Below, piece after piece: positions 18,754-29,300 of a DNA stretch of 64,000 nt. Positions within the stretch are counted from its first letter, which is position 1; each line of letters starts with the position of its first letter. The position numbers were made by a program, and so were the translations under genes. The notes beneath the pieces are model-generated. The model saw only the letters and a program-made list of their open reading frames with translations. It did no database searches and was not told where the DNA came from. The stretch comes from an uncultured Balneolaceae bacterium. GTDB lineage: Bacteria > Bacteroidota > Rhodothermia > Balneolales > Balneolaceae. The stretch lies in contig CAKZLH010000165.1 of the NCBI GenBank assembly GCA_937125285.1, positions 37,295-101,294 on the forward strand. The letters are read 5' to 3'.

Positions 18754-20240
18754 CAGAAGAAATTACCCAGGATAAAATCAACTCCGTAGCATGGAGTGCT
18801 TGCGATACATTTAGAGGTGTTGTTGATCCATCTGAATACAAGAACTACATACTTGTATTCTTGTTCATTAAATATCTATCTGATTTGAGAAAAGATCGCC
18901 TTACCGAGCTTAACGCTCAATATGATGGAGATGAGGTAAGAATTGATCGGGCTTTAAAGCGTGAGCGATTTGTATTGCCAAAGCACTGTACGTATGACCA
19001 CATCTATACAAAAAGAAATGAGGCGAATATCGGTGAAATTATTAACAAAGCACTCCATGATATTGAAGAGAATAACAAAGAGAAGTTGGAAGGCGTATTT
19101 CGGAATATTGATTTTAACTCCACTACAGCCCTTGGAGAAACAAAAGACCGTAATTCCCGCCTTAAAAGCTTAATTGAAGATTTTAGTGATCCAGTGTTGG
19201 ATTTCAGGCCTTCGAAAATTGGTAAGAAAGATGTTATTGGGAATACCTACGAGTATTTGATTCAGAATTTTGCTTCAGATGCAGGAAAGAAAGGAGGGGA
19301 GTTTTATACACCTTCCGAAGTGTCTGAGCTCATGGCGGAACTGTTGAAGCCACAGGAAAAAGAACGGTTGTACGATCCAACTTGTGGTTCCGGGTCATTA
19401 TTGATCAAACTAGCCAAACAGGTGGGGAGTCGTGATTATTCAGTATTTGGTCAGGAGAGCAACGGTAGTACCTGGGCATTATGCAAGATGAACATGTTCT
19501 TACACGACATTGATAATGCGCGGATCGAATGGGGCGATACTATTAAAAACCCAAAATTGTATATCGACGACAAACTCATGAAGTTTGACGTTGTGGCTGC
19601 AAATCCTCCGTTTTCCTTGAAAAAGTGGGGAGAAGCTGAAGCTGAGAATGATCGCTATAACAGGTTTTGGAGAGGAATTCCGCCGAAAACAAAAGGGGAT
19701 TACGGCTTCATTTCACATATGGTGGAAAGCCTTAACGAACATGGTAGGATGGTTGTAGTAGTTCCACATGGTGTACTTTTTAGAGGGAGTAGAGAAGCTA
19801 AGATCAGGGAGCAGTTTATAAAGGAAAACCTATTAGATGCTGTAATAGGCTTGCCCGAGCAATTATTCTTCGGGACTGGTATCCCGGCTGCTTTATTGGT
19901 TTTCAAAAAACGTCGTGAACGTGAAGATGTACTTTTTATCGATGCCAGTAAGGAATATCAGGATGGGAAAAAACAGAACAAACTGCGCGATCAAGACATT
20001 CAAAAAATTGTAAGCACGTATGAGGCTTTTGAGACGAAAGATAAGTACAGTTATGTTTCTACCATAGATGAAATAAAGGAGAACGAGTTTAATCTCAACA
20101 TCCCAAGGTATGTAGATACGTTTGAGGAAGAAGAAGAGATTGATATAGCTGAAGTACAGAAAGAGATTGAGAGCCTTGAGACAGAGCTTGCCGAAGTGAA
20201 AGGGAAGATGAATGAATACCTAAAGGAATTGGGGTTCTAA
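18750..20240 (+). CDS. hsdM: type I R-M N6-adenine DNA methyltransferase
   Basis: 496 aa; N-terminal HsdM domain, AdoMet motif DPTCGSGSLL, catalytic AANPPFS. Confidence 0.92.
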   Translation: MTEEITQDKINSVAWSACDTFRGVVDPSEYKNYILVFLFIKYLSDLRKDRLTELNAQYDGDEVRIDRALKRERFVLPKHCTYDHIYTKRNEANIGEIINKALHDIEENNKEKLEGVFRNIDFNSTTALGETKDRNSRLKSLIEDFSDPVLDFRPSKIGKKDVIGNTYEYLIQNFASDAGKKGGEFYTPSEVSELMAELLKPQEKERLYDPTCGSGSLLIKLAKQVGSRDYSVFGQESNGSTWALCKMNMFLHDIDNARIEWGDTIKNPKLYIDDKLMKFDVVAANPPFSLKKWGEAEAENDRYNRFWRGIPPKTKGDYGFISHMVESLNEHGRMVVVVPHGVLFRGSREAKIREQFIKENLLDAVIGLPEQLFFGTGIPAALLVFKKRREREDVLFIDASKEYQDGKKQNKLRDQDIQKIVSTYEAFETKDKYSYVSTIDEIKENEFNLNIPRYVDTFEEEEEIDIAEVQKEIESLETELAEVKGKMNEYLKELGF

Positions 20241-20241
20241 G

Positions 20242-21399
20242 ATGCCTGTAGAGAGAGCAAGAAAATCAGTTGGGTCAAAAATTTCAAGGCAACTCTGGAT
20301 GCAATCAGGAGGAAGGTGTGAATATTGTAACAAACTACTTTATAGGGATAGTCTTACCGAGCGCTTTATGAACAAGGCTTACATTTCACATATTATTGCC
20401 GCCAAAGAGGGATTTGTAAGGGGGGATTCAAAGTTGTCTGAAGAGCTGGAGGTGGCTTTTGAAAATCTAATGCTCTTATGTGATGAATGTCATAATAGAA
20501 TCGACAAAGCTGATCCTGCTCGACATACTGTTGAAGTGCTACAAAAAATTAAAAAGACTCATGAGGATCGGATTGAATTACTAACTGCGATAAAACCGAA
20601 GAATAAATCTCATATCCTAACCTTCATGGCAAAAATTGGTGAGCATCTTCCTGTAATCGACTTTCAGGATGCTGCAAATGCAATGCTTACCGATTATTAC
20701 CCCGCTTCCCATAGAATGGTTGAATTAGGTATTGAAAACTATCCTAAAGAGGATGATGAGGATGAATACTGGCAGGTACTTGAAAGTACTTTGACTGAGA
20801 ATTTCCAAACAAAAGTTTCCCCTTTGTTAAAATCAGGAGAAGTAAATCATTTTTCTGTTTTTGGGTTAGCCCCTCAACCATTATTGATAAGATTAGGGGT
20901 TCTTTTATCTGATATTAAACATGTTAGAGTTCATACTAATATAAGAGAGCCACAAACATGGAAACATCCCGAAGATGGAGACTCATTAGATTTTCAAATC
21001 GTTGAACCGGAGGATAAGACGGGGCTTCCAGTATTGAATATCTCTGTTACAGCGGATATTAATGAATCAAGGATTCATTCGGTTCTCGGAGAACATGTCT
21101 CCATTTGGAAGCTTACGGTTCCAATACCAGGGAAAGATCTTGTACGCTCTGATCGTACACTGCAGTATTTTAGAAAACGTGTGAGAGAGGTTTTTGAACA
21201 AATTAAACGAGCACATGGTGAGGATGAAACCTTGCGTGTATTCCCGGCAATGCCGAATTCAACAGCCATTGAGTTTGGAAGAGTTTGGCAACCTAAAGCT
21301 GAATTACCCATGATCATTTACGATCAGAATAGAAAACGGGACGGATTTATCAAGACGGTATCAATAATTAAACCCAAGAGGACTCAATATGTTAGCTGA
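20242..21399 (+). CDS. cap5: CBASS effector, HNH endonuclease fused to a SAVED domain (Cap5-like)
   Basis: 385 aa; HNH CEYCN...SHIIA...NLMLLCDECHNRID; C-terminal SAVED-like HFSVFGLAPQPLLIRLGVLL; starts 2 nt after the hsdM stop. Confidence 0.75.
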   Translation: MPVERARKSVGSKISRQLWMQSGGRCEYCNKLLYRDSLTERFMNKAYISHIIAAKEGFVRGDSKLSEELEVAFENLMLLCDECHNRIDKADPARHTVEVLQKIKKTHEDRIELLTAIKPKNKSHILTFMAKIGEHLPVIDFQDAANAMLTDYYPASHRMVELGIENYPKEDDEDEYWQVLESTLTENFQTKVSPLLKSGEVNHFSVFGLAPQPLLIRLGVLLSDIKHVRVHTNIREPQTWKHPEDGDSLDFQIVEPEDKTGLPVLNISVTADINESRIHSVLGEHVSIWKLTVPIPGKDLVRSDRTLQYFRKRVREVFEQIKRAHGEDETLRVFPAMPNSTAIEFGRVWQPKAELPMIIYDQNRKRDGFIKTVSIIKPKRTQYVS

Positions 21400-22909
21400 A
21401 ACCCAGGAAAAACAGAAATATGGTAAGGTACTTGATGAGATGGCTAAGTCTCTGGATCTTACCGAAAATCAATTCAAAGAGGCCGAAGACCGGTATAAAG
21501 CAGTAGGAGAGTATCTTTCAAGAGATGGATCCTCCTTGGCCAGTTTTAACCCTTCTATTGAACCACAAGGTTCTTTTTTATACGGAACAATGGTTCGGCC
21601 AATACTTGATGACGGGCACTACGATATCGATTTGATATGTATCCTTGAAAACCTCCCACTTACAGACACCCAGAAAGACCTAAAGAAAAAGGTTGGGAAA
21701 GAACTGAAAACAGGGAGATACGAACATTTATTGGATGAAGAAGGTCAGCGTTGCTGGACGTTGAATTACGCCGAAGGAACCAAGTTTCATATGGATATTC
21801 TTCCATCAACACCCGACCAATTTCGTAGGACTATTTATGAAGGTAGAGTAGATGAGTCATACTATAATTATGCGCTACGGATGACGGATAAAGAATCTGA
21901 AAGTTATGAATCATCTAATCGTATGGATTGGCCTAAAACTAATCCAAAAGGGTACTCAAAATGGTTTAAAGACCAAATGAGACCACAGTATGATAAACTG
22001 ATTAAGGAAGCAGCTTTGCAATTGAATGCCAGTGTTGAAGATGTGCCACATTGGAAAGTAAAAACTCCGCTACAACGAGCAATCCAGATTCTGAAACGTC
22101 ACCGGGATATTATGTTTGGAGGTGATGATGAAAAGCCAATATCTATCATTCTTACTACTCTTGCCGCTAAAGCATATCGAGGAGAAAGTAATGTTTTTGA
22201 TGCTTTGAAAACGATTCTCGGTGGTATGGAGCATTACATTGAGGAAGAATTCAATGGGTATAATCGTATCAAAGTGGTTAAGAACCCAGTGAATCCGGAA
22301 GAAAACTTTGCAGATAAATGGGAGCATAACCCCACCCTGAAAGATAACTTTTATCTCTGGTTAGCTAAGGCCAAAACAGATCTGATTGAAGTGTTTGATC
22401 TGGGTACCATCTATTCTGCAAAATCCCAACTCGAAACTTCGATGGGTAAGAGTTTAGTCGAAAATGCATACTCAAAAATTGGGGTACCAACACTATCACA
22501 GCCAAGAAAAGCCAGAAATCTACCAGTTGCCACCCATAAACAAGCTCCAAAATGGCCGGTAGTTAAAACGCACAGTGTCTCGGTTATCGGTAGATATAAT
22601 GAAAATGGAACATGGAAGTACATTTCGGAGGGTACGGTAATACCTAAGGGATGCAGTTTAATGTTCGCTGCAAATACCTCTGTGACTGGAAACTTTGAAG
22701 TGTTTTGGCAGATTGTGAACACTGGGTATGAAGCACAAATGGCTAAGTGCTTACGTGGGCAAATACTGCACTCAAAAACTGCGGGTAGAGGCGGGTTGAA
22801 ACAGAAAGAAGCAACCGCCTATAAAGGCACTCACTGGATTGAGTGCTTTATTGTACAGGGTGGAGTATGCGTGGCCAGAAGTGGTGAATTTATCGTGGAG
22901 ATTGGTTGA
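21389..22909 (+). CDS. CD-NTase/SMODS nucleotidyltransferase with a C-terminal extension (AGS-C-like)
   Basis: 506 aa; Pol-beta NTase motifs QGSFLYGTMVRP...DIDLICIL and KFHMDILPS; about 130 extra C-terminal residues; overlaps cap5 by 11 nt. Confidence 0.75.
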   Translation: MLAETQEKQKYGKVLDEMAKSLDLTENQFKEAEDRYKAVGEYLSRDGSSLASFNPSIEPQGSFLYGTMVRPILDDGHYDIDLICILENLPLTDTQKDLKKKVGKELKTGRYEHLLDEEGQRCWTLNYAEGTKFHMDILPSTPDQFRRTIYEGRVDESYYNYALRMTDKESESYESSNRMDWPKTNPKGYSKWFKDQMRPQYDKLIKEAALQLNASVEDVPHWKVKTPLQRAIQILKRHRDIMFGGDDEKPISIILTTLAAKAYRGESNVFDALKTILGGMEHYIEEEFNGYNRIKVVKNPVNPEENFADKWEHNPTLKDNFYLWLAKAKTDLIEVFDLGTIYSAKSQLETSMGKSLVENAYSKIGVPTLSQPRKARNLPVATHKQAPKWPVVKTHSVSVIGRYNENGTWKYISEGTVIPKGCSLMFAANTSVTGNFEVFWQIVNTGYEAQMAKCLRGQILHSKTAGRGGLKQKEATAYKGTHWIECFIVQGGVCVARSGEFIVEIG

Positions 22910-24168
22910 TGTCTAATACAGAAACAAATATGGACGGCTATAAGAAAACCAAACTTGGGTGGATTCCTGAAGAATGGGATTTCATTAAAATGGGTGAAAA
23001 AGTTGATTTATTGACTGGGTACCCATTTTCAAGTAATAGTTATTCTAATAAAGGGATTCGATTATTGCGTGGAGCAAATATTAAGAGAGGAGAGCTTAGT
23101 TGGGGAGACGATATTACAGTTTATTGGGATAATCATTTTGATAAACTGGATAAATTTGAACTCAGATTAGGAGATTTAGTAATTGCGATGGATGGTTCTC
23201 TTGTAGGTAGAAGTTTCGCTCAGGTAAACTCCAGTGATTTACCAAGTTATCTACTTCAACGAGTAGCAAGAATTCGGTCTGAAGAATTGGATATAAATTT
23301 CCTTAAGCACCTAATTAGTAGCATGCATTTTGTAAGATATTGTGACTCAGTCAAAACTGTTACGGCAATACCTCATATAAGCTCAAAGGATTTAAATAAT
23401 TTTAGTATACCTACTCCTTCATATACCGAACAAAAAAAGATTGCCGAAATCCTCTCCACCTGGGATGAAGCCATCCAGAAAACCGAAGCCCTCATTAAGA
23501 AGAAAGAGAGGCTGAAAAAGGGGCTGATGCAGCAGTTATTGACGGGTAAAAGGCGGTTGCCGGGTTTTAATGATAAATGGAGGGAAGTTAAGTTGGGTAA
23601 ACTCATAAGTACCTTTTCAGGCGGGACTCCAAGTCGACAAAAACAAGAGTATTATAATGGTAGTATACCTTGGATAAAGTCAGGTGAACTAAACCAGAGA
23701 AGAATACATACTACTGAAGAAAAGATTAGTTCTGAAGCATTAGCTAAATCTTCTGCAAAGCTAGTTCACAAAGGTGCCTTATTGCTAGCTATTTATGGAG
23801 CAACAGCAGGGGTGATTTCTGTAAATATGATGAGCAGTGCAGCAATTAATCAGGCAATTTTAGCTTTAATCCCACTCGATAATAAGATTGATATCGGTTT
23901 TCTTGAATTGTGGTTCTTATACAATAAAGACAAAATAATACACACATTTACACAGGGGGGGCAGCCTAACCTGAGTGCAAAAATAGTGAAGTCATTAAAA
24001 CTTAATTGTCCCTCAATTGAAGAACAGAAGCGAATTTCAAGACTCCTTTTTGCAATAGAGGATGACATACAAGGTCTAAAGGTATTATCGGATTGTATTA
24101 AATCACAGAAGAAAGGATTAATGCAGCAGCTATTAACTGGTAAGACAAGGGTAAAAGTAAACAAATAA
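22909..24168 (+). CDS. hsdS: type I R-M specificity subunit, full length (two TRDs)
   Basis: About 419 aa; the conserved repeat GLMQQLLTGK(R/T)R occurs twice; the ATG at 22909 overlaps the TGA of the CD-NTase gene (the track uses TTG at 22906). Confidence 0.9.
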   Translation: MSNTETNMDGYKKTKLGWIPEEWDFIKMGEKVDLLTGYPFSSNSYSNKGIRLLRGANIKRGELSWGDDITVYWDNHFDKLDKFELRLGDLVIAMDGSLVGRSFAQVNSSDLPSYLLQRVARIRSEELDINFLKHLISSMHFVRYCDSVKTVTAIPHISSKDLNNFSIPTPSYTEQKKIAEILSTWDEAIQKTEALIKKKERLKKGLMQQLLTGKRRLPGFNDKWREVKLGKLISTFSGGTPSRQKQEYYNGSIPWIKSGELNQRRIHTTEEKISSEALAKSSAKLVHKGALLLAIYGATAGVISVNMMSSAAINQAILALIPLDNKIDIGFLELWFLYNKDKIIHTFTQGGQPNLSAKIVKSLKLNCPSIEEQKRISRLLFAIEDDIQGLKVLSDCIKSQKKGLMQQLLTGKTRVKVNK

Positions 24169-24178
24169 AGAAAGACCT

Positions 24179-24463
24179 ATGACAAGTGAAGAGTTATATG
24201 AGATACTGAACAATTTTGGTGAACAAAACTTACACCGACTTGGCTTTGAAGAGAAGGATGGATTCTGGATGCATCCTAATTCTACTCGAAGATTTCAAGT
24301 AAGCGATAAAAGATTATATGTATATATCAATGAACTAAATGTTGGAAGGTTAAATGCAGCTTTTAATGATCCTGTCAAGCTGTATCAAACCTTTATCGAA
24401 ACGGAAATTCTTCCAACTGAAACTCACTTTCAGTTCTTAAGAGAACAGGGCTTGGAAGTGTGA
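24179..24463 (+). CDS. hypothetical protein
   Basis: 94-aa ORF on the operon strand; no family recognised. Confidence 0.4.
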   Translation: MTSEELYEILNNFGEQNLHRLGFEEKDGFWMHPNSTRRFQVSDKRLYVYINELNVGRLNAAFNDPVKLYQTFIETEILPTETHFQFLREQGLEV

Positions 24464-24496
24464 AAGTCTTTAATTCACATATAATCGGGTTTAAAA

Positions 24497-24991
24497 ATGG
24501 ATGAACTTAAAAATAGTATAATTAAAGAGGCATTTAGGATTGAAGAAGACACAAATCATAGTGCCAGATGCCATTTTAATGCAGCAGCTAGATGGGAAAG
24601 CGTACATTATAAAATAGGGTTGCCATCTGTTATTGCTGTTGCTTTATCAGGTGGAGCATTTATAGGGGAACAAACAGCAATTGGGATAACCTTGGCTGCT
24701 ATTTCAACAGGATTGACGACCACTTTGACATTTCTAAAGCCATCAGAAAAAGCAGAGACTCATAGTATTGCAGGAAACCAATATTTAAGTCTCAGAAATC
24801 AAACAAGGATATTTCGCGAGGTAGATCTTTTAAAATCTTTCGATGTGGACGAAGCAACAACTCAGATAAAAAAGTTGGCAATTGAAAGAGATGATTTAAA
24901 TCAAAATTCTCCATCATTTAGTAGGAAAGATTACGAGAAGGCTAAGAAGAGTATTGAAGGTGGTGAAACGACACATGGGGTAGATAGCTGA
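24497..24991 (+). CDS. SLATT-domain two-TM protein (predicted membrane effector)
   Basis: 164 aa; N-terminal helix with HSARCHFNAAARW, then two TM helices (LPSVIAVALSGGAF / ITLAAISTGLTTTLTF) and a helical tail, the SLATT architecture as recalled. Confidence 0.6.
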   Translation: MDELKNSIIKEAFRIEEDTNHSARCHFNAAARWESVHYKIGLPSVIAVALSGGAFIGEQTAIGITLAAISTGLTTTLTFLKPSEKAETHSIAGNQYLSLRNQTRIFREVDLLKSFDVDEATTQIKKLAIERDDLNQNSPSFSRKDYEKAKKSIEGGETTHGVDS

Positions 24992-25806
24992 TGACAGTGA
25001 ATGGCTATCTTACAAGTATAGCAAAGAAAGCTATAATTAGAGATCAAGAAAAAAAAAGTATTGAGACATCTATTGGTGCATTAAAAAACCGAGTTGAGCA
25101 GTATTTTGGTTCTAATGTTAGCAATCATTTTCAGTTTGGTTCATCTGTGAGAAAAACAATGCTACCTCGAAATTTGGATATTAAATCAGATGTAGATTAT
25201 ATGATTGTATTTAGGGACGATGGCTATCGTCCTCAGACCTATTTAAACCAAATTAGAAGCTTTGTTGAAACAAAGTATTCAAGATCTGAGATTAAACAAT
25301 CAAATCCATCGATCATACTTTTGTTAAGTCATATAAATTTTGAATTGGTTCCAGCATTATCAAGTTTGATGAGTGTTTGTGAATATCGTATTCCTGATAA
25401 ATCCTCATCTTATAATGATTGGATTAGTACATCACCACTTGTTCATGATACTAATCTAGCAAACTCAAACAAGGAGTATAATTATCAAATTAAACCTTTA
25501 ATTCGGATTCTAAAATATTGGAATGCAATCAATAAATATCCATTCAATTCGTATGAATTAGAATGTTTAATCTTAGATTATTTCAACGTGCACCCATTCC
25601 TTTTTGAATACTCTAGTTCTAAAACATTGGCAGATTACCTATTCGAATTTATTACAAATTTAAATTTAAGTTGGAATGATCCAGATTGGAAAAGAAATAA
25701 AATTACTCAGCTCAAAAATCATGTTTATAAAATCAAGGTTTTAATACAAAGAAACAATGAGTTAGGTGCTGTAACTGAGTTAAAAAAACTAATACCCCTT
25801 ACATAA
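24991..25806 (+). CDS. SMODS-family minimal nucleotidyltransferase
   Basis: 271 aa; FGSSVRKTMLPRNLDIKSDVDYMIVF (GS...DxD) and NFELVPA; the start overlaps the SLATT stop (TGATG). Confidence 0.65.
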   Translation: MTVNGYLTSIAKKAIIRDQEKKSIETSIGALKNRVEQYFGSNVSNHFQFGSSVRKTMLPRNLDIKSDVDYMIVFRDDGYRPQTYLNQIRSFVETKYSRSEIKQSNPSIILLLSHINFELVPALSSLMSVCEYRIPDKSSSYNDWISTSPLVHDTNLANSNKEYNYQIKPLIRILKYWNAINKYPFNSYELECLILDYFNVHPFLFEYSSSKTLADYLFEFITNLNLSWNDPDWKRNKITQLKNHVYKIKVLIQRNNELGAVTELKKLIPLT

Positions 25807-25816
25807 CTAATAAACA

Positions 25817-26308
25817 ATGGATTGGTATAAAATTATTGAGAGCGTGATACAAATTGGGATTACTGGAGTAGCCGCTTTAATTGTAACATGGTTTTATAGC
25901 AAAAAGCAGAGTGATTTAAGCCATGATGAGTTTCAGAGAGATCTATTTAGGGAGCTAAATCATCGTTATGATGCTCTTAATGATAATCTTCACGATATAT
26001 ATGAACTTCAAAAGAAATCTGAATCATCATTAAGTTTAAAGAAGCTTTCAATTAAGTCACCAGAATTACTAAAGTGCCTAAATGACTATCTAAATCTTTG
26101 TGCTGAGGAATATTTTTGGTACAAAAAAGGAAGGGTAGATGATGCTGTATGGAAATCGTGGAATATTGGTATGAATTGGTGGTATAGTAAATTGCAACCA
26201 CTTCAGGAGCTTTGGGATGAGGAGAAAGAAAATGGAAATTTTGAATCCTATTATTTGGAAGCTGGTGAAGACTTATTTGATAGTTCTACAAAAGTCTCCG
26301 TAAGATGA
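25817..26308 (+). CDS. hypothetical single-TM protein
   Basis: 163 aa; N-terminal TM (VIQIGITGVAALIVTWF) and a Trp-rich helical C-terminal part; its stop overlaps the hsdR start (ATGA). Confidence 0.45.
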   Translation: MDWYKIIESVIQIGITGVAALIVTWFYSKKQSDLSHDEFQRDLFRELNHRYDALNDNLHDIYELQKKSESSLSLKKLSIKSPELLKCLNDYLNLCAEEYFWYKKGRVDDAVWKSWNIGMNWWYSKLQPLQELWDEEKENGNFESYYLEAGEDLFDSSTKVSVR

Positions 26309-29300
26309 ATACTCCCTCATACCTAGAAGACCATTCCAGCCAAATTCCAGCTTTAATGCTTTTGCAAAAGATGGGTTTCTCATATTTGAGTCCATCGGAG
26401 GTGGATGAGCTTCGTGGTAGTAGCTCCCAGGTATTATTAAAACCAGTTCTGGATGAGTGCCTTCGCAATATAAATCATATCGATTTTCGCGGAAAAAGGT
26501 ATCCATTTTCTAATCACAATATTACCAGTGCCGTACAAAAGATAAGTGACCTACCACTGGTAGATGGGCTGATTAAAACCAATGAGAATCTATATCACAT
26601 TCTTACCTTAGGTAGCAGTTTCGAGGAAACTATAGAGGGGGATAAAAAGAGCTTTACACTAAAGTATGTCGATTGGGAGCATCCGGAGAATAACCAGTAT
26701 CATGTGGCTGAGGAGTTCAGTGTACAACGAGTGGGTAGCTACAAAGAATACCGACCTGACATTGTGCTGTTTGTAAATGGAATTCCACTCGTAGTCCTTG
26801 AGAGCAAACGCCCTGATCTGAAAGTAAAAGAAAAGGATCAGAACCCTGTCGAACAAGCAGTATCACAGCATTTACGAAATCAAAAGCATGACGGTATACC
26901 AAACTTGTATGTGTATTCCCAAATGCTATTGAGTCTGGCAGTAAACGAAAATAAATATGCGACTACGGGCACTCCTCAAAAGTTTTGGAGTACCTGGAAA
27001 GAGAAGTTTGACACGTTAAGTGAAGAAAAAGAATACGAGGATACCATACGTTCTCTTGTTAATCAAAAGCTGCAAGATTCAGACTTTGATAAACTATTCT
27101 CGGAACGCTTTAACTACGTTAAATCCTATTTCCAGGCTTTACAAGATCAAGAGCTTTCAATTACCGATCAGGATAAAATTCTTTACGGGTTATGTAGGCC
27201 GGAAAGATTATTACGATTTATAAAGCGATATACATTATATGATGCAGGTCTAAAAAAAGTAGCCCGATATCAACAGTTTAATGCTGTCGAAAAGACATTA
27301 GAACGAATTCGCCTTTTAGAATCGGGTAAAAGAACGGGCGGTGTAATATGGCACACTCAAGGCTCAGGGAAATCACTTACTATGGTGATGCTTGCAAAAG
27401 GGATTGCTTTGGATGGCAGCATCCCTGATGCACGCATCGTATTGGTTACTGATCGAGTGGATTTAGATGATCAGATCTATAAAACCTTTGACGATTGTGA
27501 TTTGGAACCGGTACAGGCTGCAACAGGCAATCATTTAATATCCTTACTCAGGGAAAAAAAGCGAGCCGTAATAACTACTATCATAAATAAGTTTGAAGCG
27601 GTGGTTAAAAAAAGCAAGGTTAAAGAGGACTCACCCAATATTTTTGTGTTGGTGGATGAAGGTCACCGAACCCAATACGGAACAGCCAATATCCGAATGC
27701 AGCAAACGTTCCCTAATGCGTGCTTTATTGCGTTTACTGGTACTCCTTTAATGAAGAAGGAGAAGAATACAGCCAGAAAATTTGGTGGTACAATTGATAC
27801 CTATACCATTAAAGAAGCCGTAGAAGACAAAGCTGTGGTTCCATTGTTATATGAAGGCAGACACATACCACAGCAAGTCAATAAGACTCCCATTGACACC
27901 TACTTTGAACGTATTTCTGTGCGCTTAAATGAAAAAGAAAAAGCCGATTTAAAAAAGAAGTTCAGTCGTTCTGAGCAGCTTAATGAAGCAGAGCAAAAAT
28001 TGATGACGATCTGCTATGATATTAGTGATCATTACTCTAAGACCTGGCAAGGGACGGGATTCAAAGGTCAATTAACGGTGCATTCCAAAACGGCGGCTAT
28101 CAAGTGTAAACAGTTTCTGGATGAATTTGGGAAAGTGACATCTGATGTGATAATATCTCCGCCAGACACCCGTGAAGGACATGAAGATATAGACGATGAT
28201 CACACAGATATTGTACAGAAATTCTGGAAAAAAATGATGGAGAGATTTGGCACTGAGAAGGAATACAACAAACAGTTGATATACCGTTTTAAAAGTGATG
28301 AAGCTCCGGAAATCATGATTGTGGTTGATAAGCTAATCACTGGATTTGATGCACCAAGGAATATTGTACTGTATATTGCACGAAGTTTAAAAGAGCACAA
28401 ACTTCTACAAGCAATTGCCAGAGTAAATCGTCTTCATGAAGGGAAAGATTTCGGTTACATCATCGACTACTATGGAATTTTAGGGGAGCTGGATGAAGCA
28501 TTAACTACCTATAGTGAATTGGAAGACTTCGATCAGCAGGAGCTTGAAGGAACCCTTTCAGATATACATGAAGAGATAGAGAAATTACCGGAGCGTCATT
28601 CTCATGTATGGGATATTTTTAAAGGGATGGATAGAAGTTTGGACAGCCAGAAGTATGAATTATTCTTGGATGATGAAGCATTAAGAGATGAGTTTTATGA
28701 TCGGGTTTCCATCTTTTCGAGGACGTTGAAATTGGCTCTTTCCACCTTTGATTTTGTTCAGGAAACAGATCCTAAGAAAGTTGCAGAGTATAAAGAAGAC
28801 GCAAAATTCTTTATGAGTCTTAGAGCATCTGTTAAAGCCAGGTATTCGGACGCTGTAGATTATCGTCAGTACGAAAAGCAGGTTCAGAAACTCATTGATA
28901 CTCATGTCACCTCAAGCGAAATAGTTAAGCTTACCGAACAAGTAAATATATTTGATCGGGAGAAATTTGAGGAAGAGCTGGCAAAAGTAGAAGGGGACGC
29001 GGCACGTGCTGATCGAATTGCATCTCGTACCCAAAAAACGATAAGCATGGTCATGGAAGAAGATCCTGCCTTGTATAAAAAGTTCTCTGAAATGTTGATG
29101 CAAACCATCAATGACTGGAAAGCTCGTAGACTATCGGATGCTCAATACCTGAATAAGGTGAAAGAGATCATGGAAAAAGTTCGGAGTAGATCTGATAGTG
29201 AGGTACCAGAAGAACTTGAAGGGAAAAAAGTGGCTCATGCCGTATATGGGGTAGTGAACGAAGTTCTAAAGGTAGAGGAAGAATCTGTTACATACGGTAC

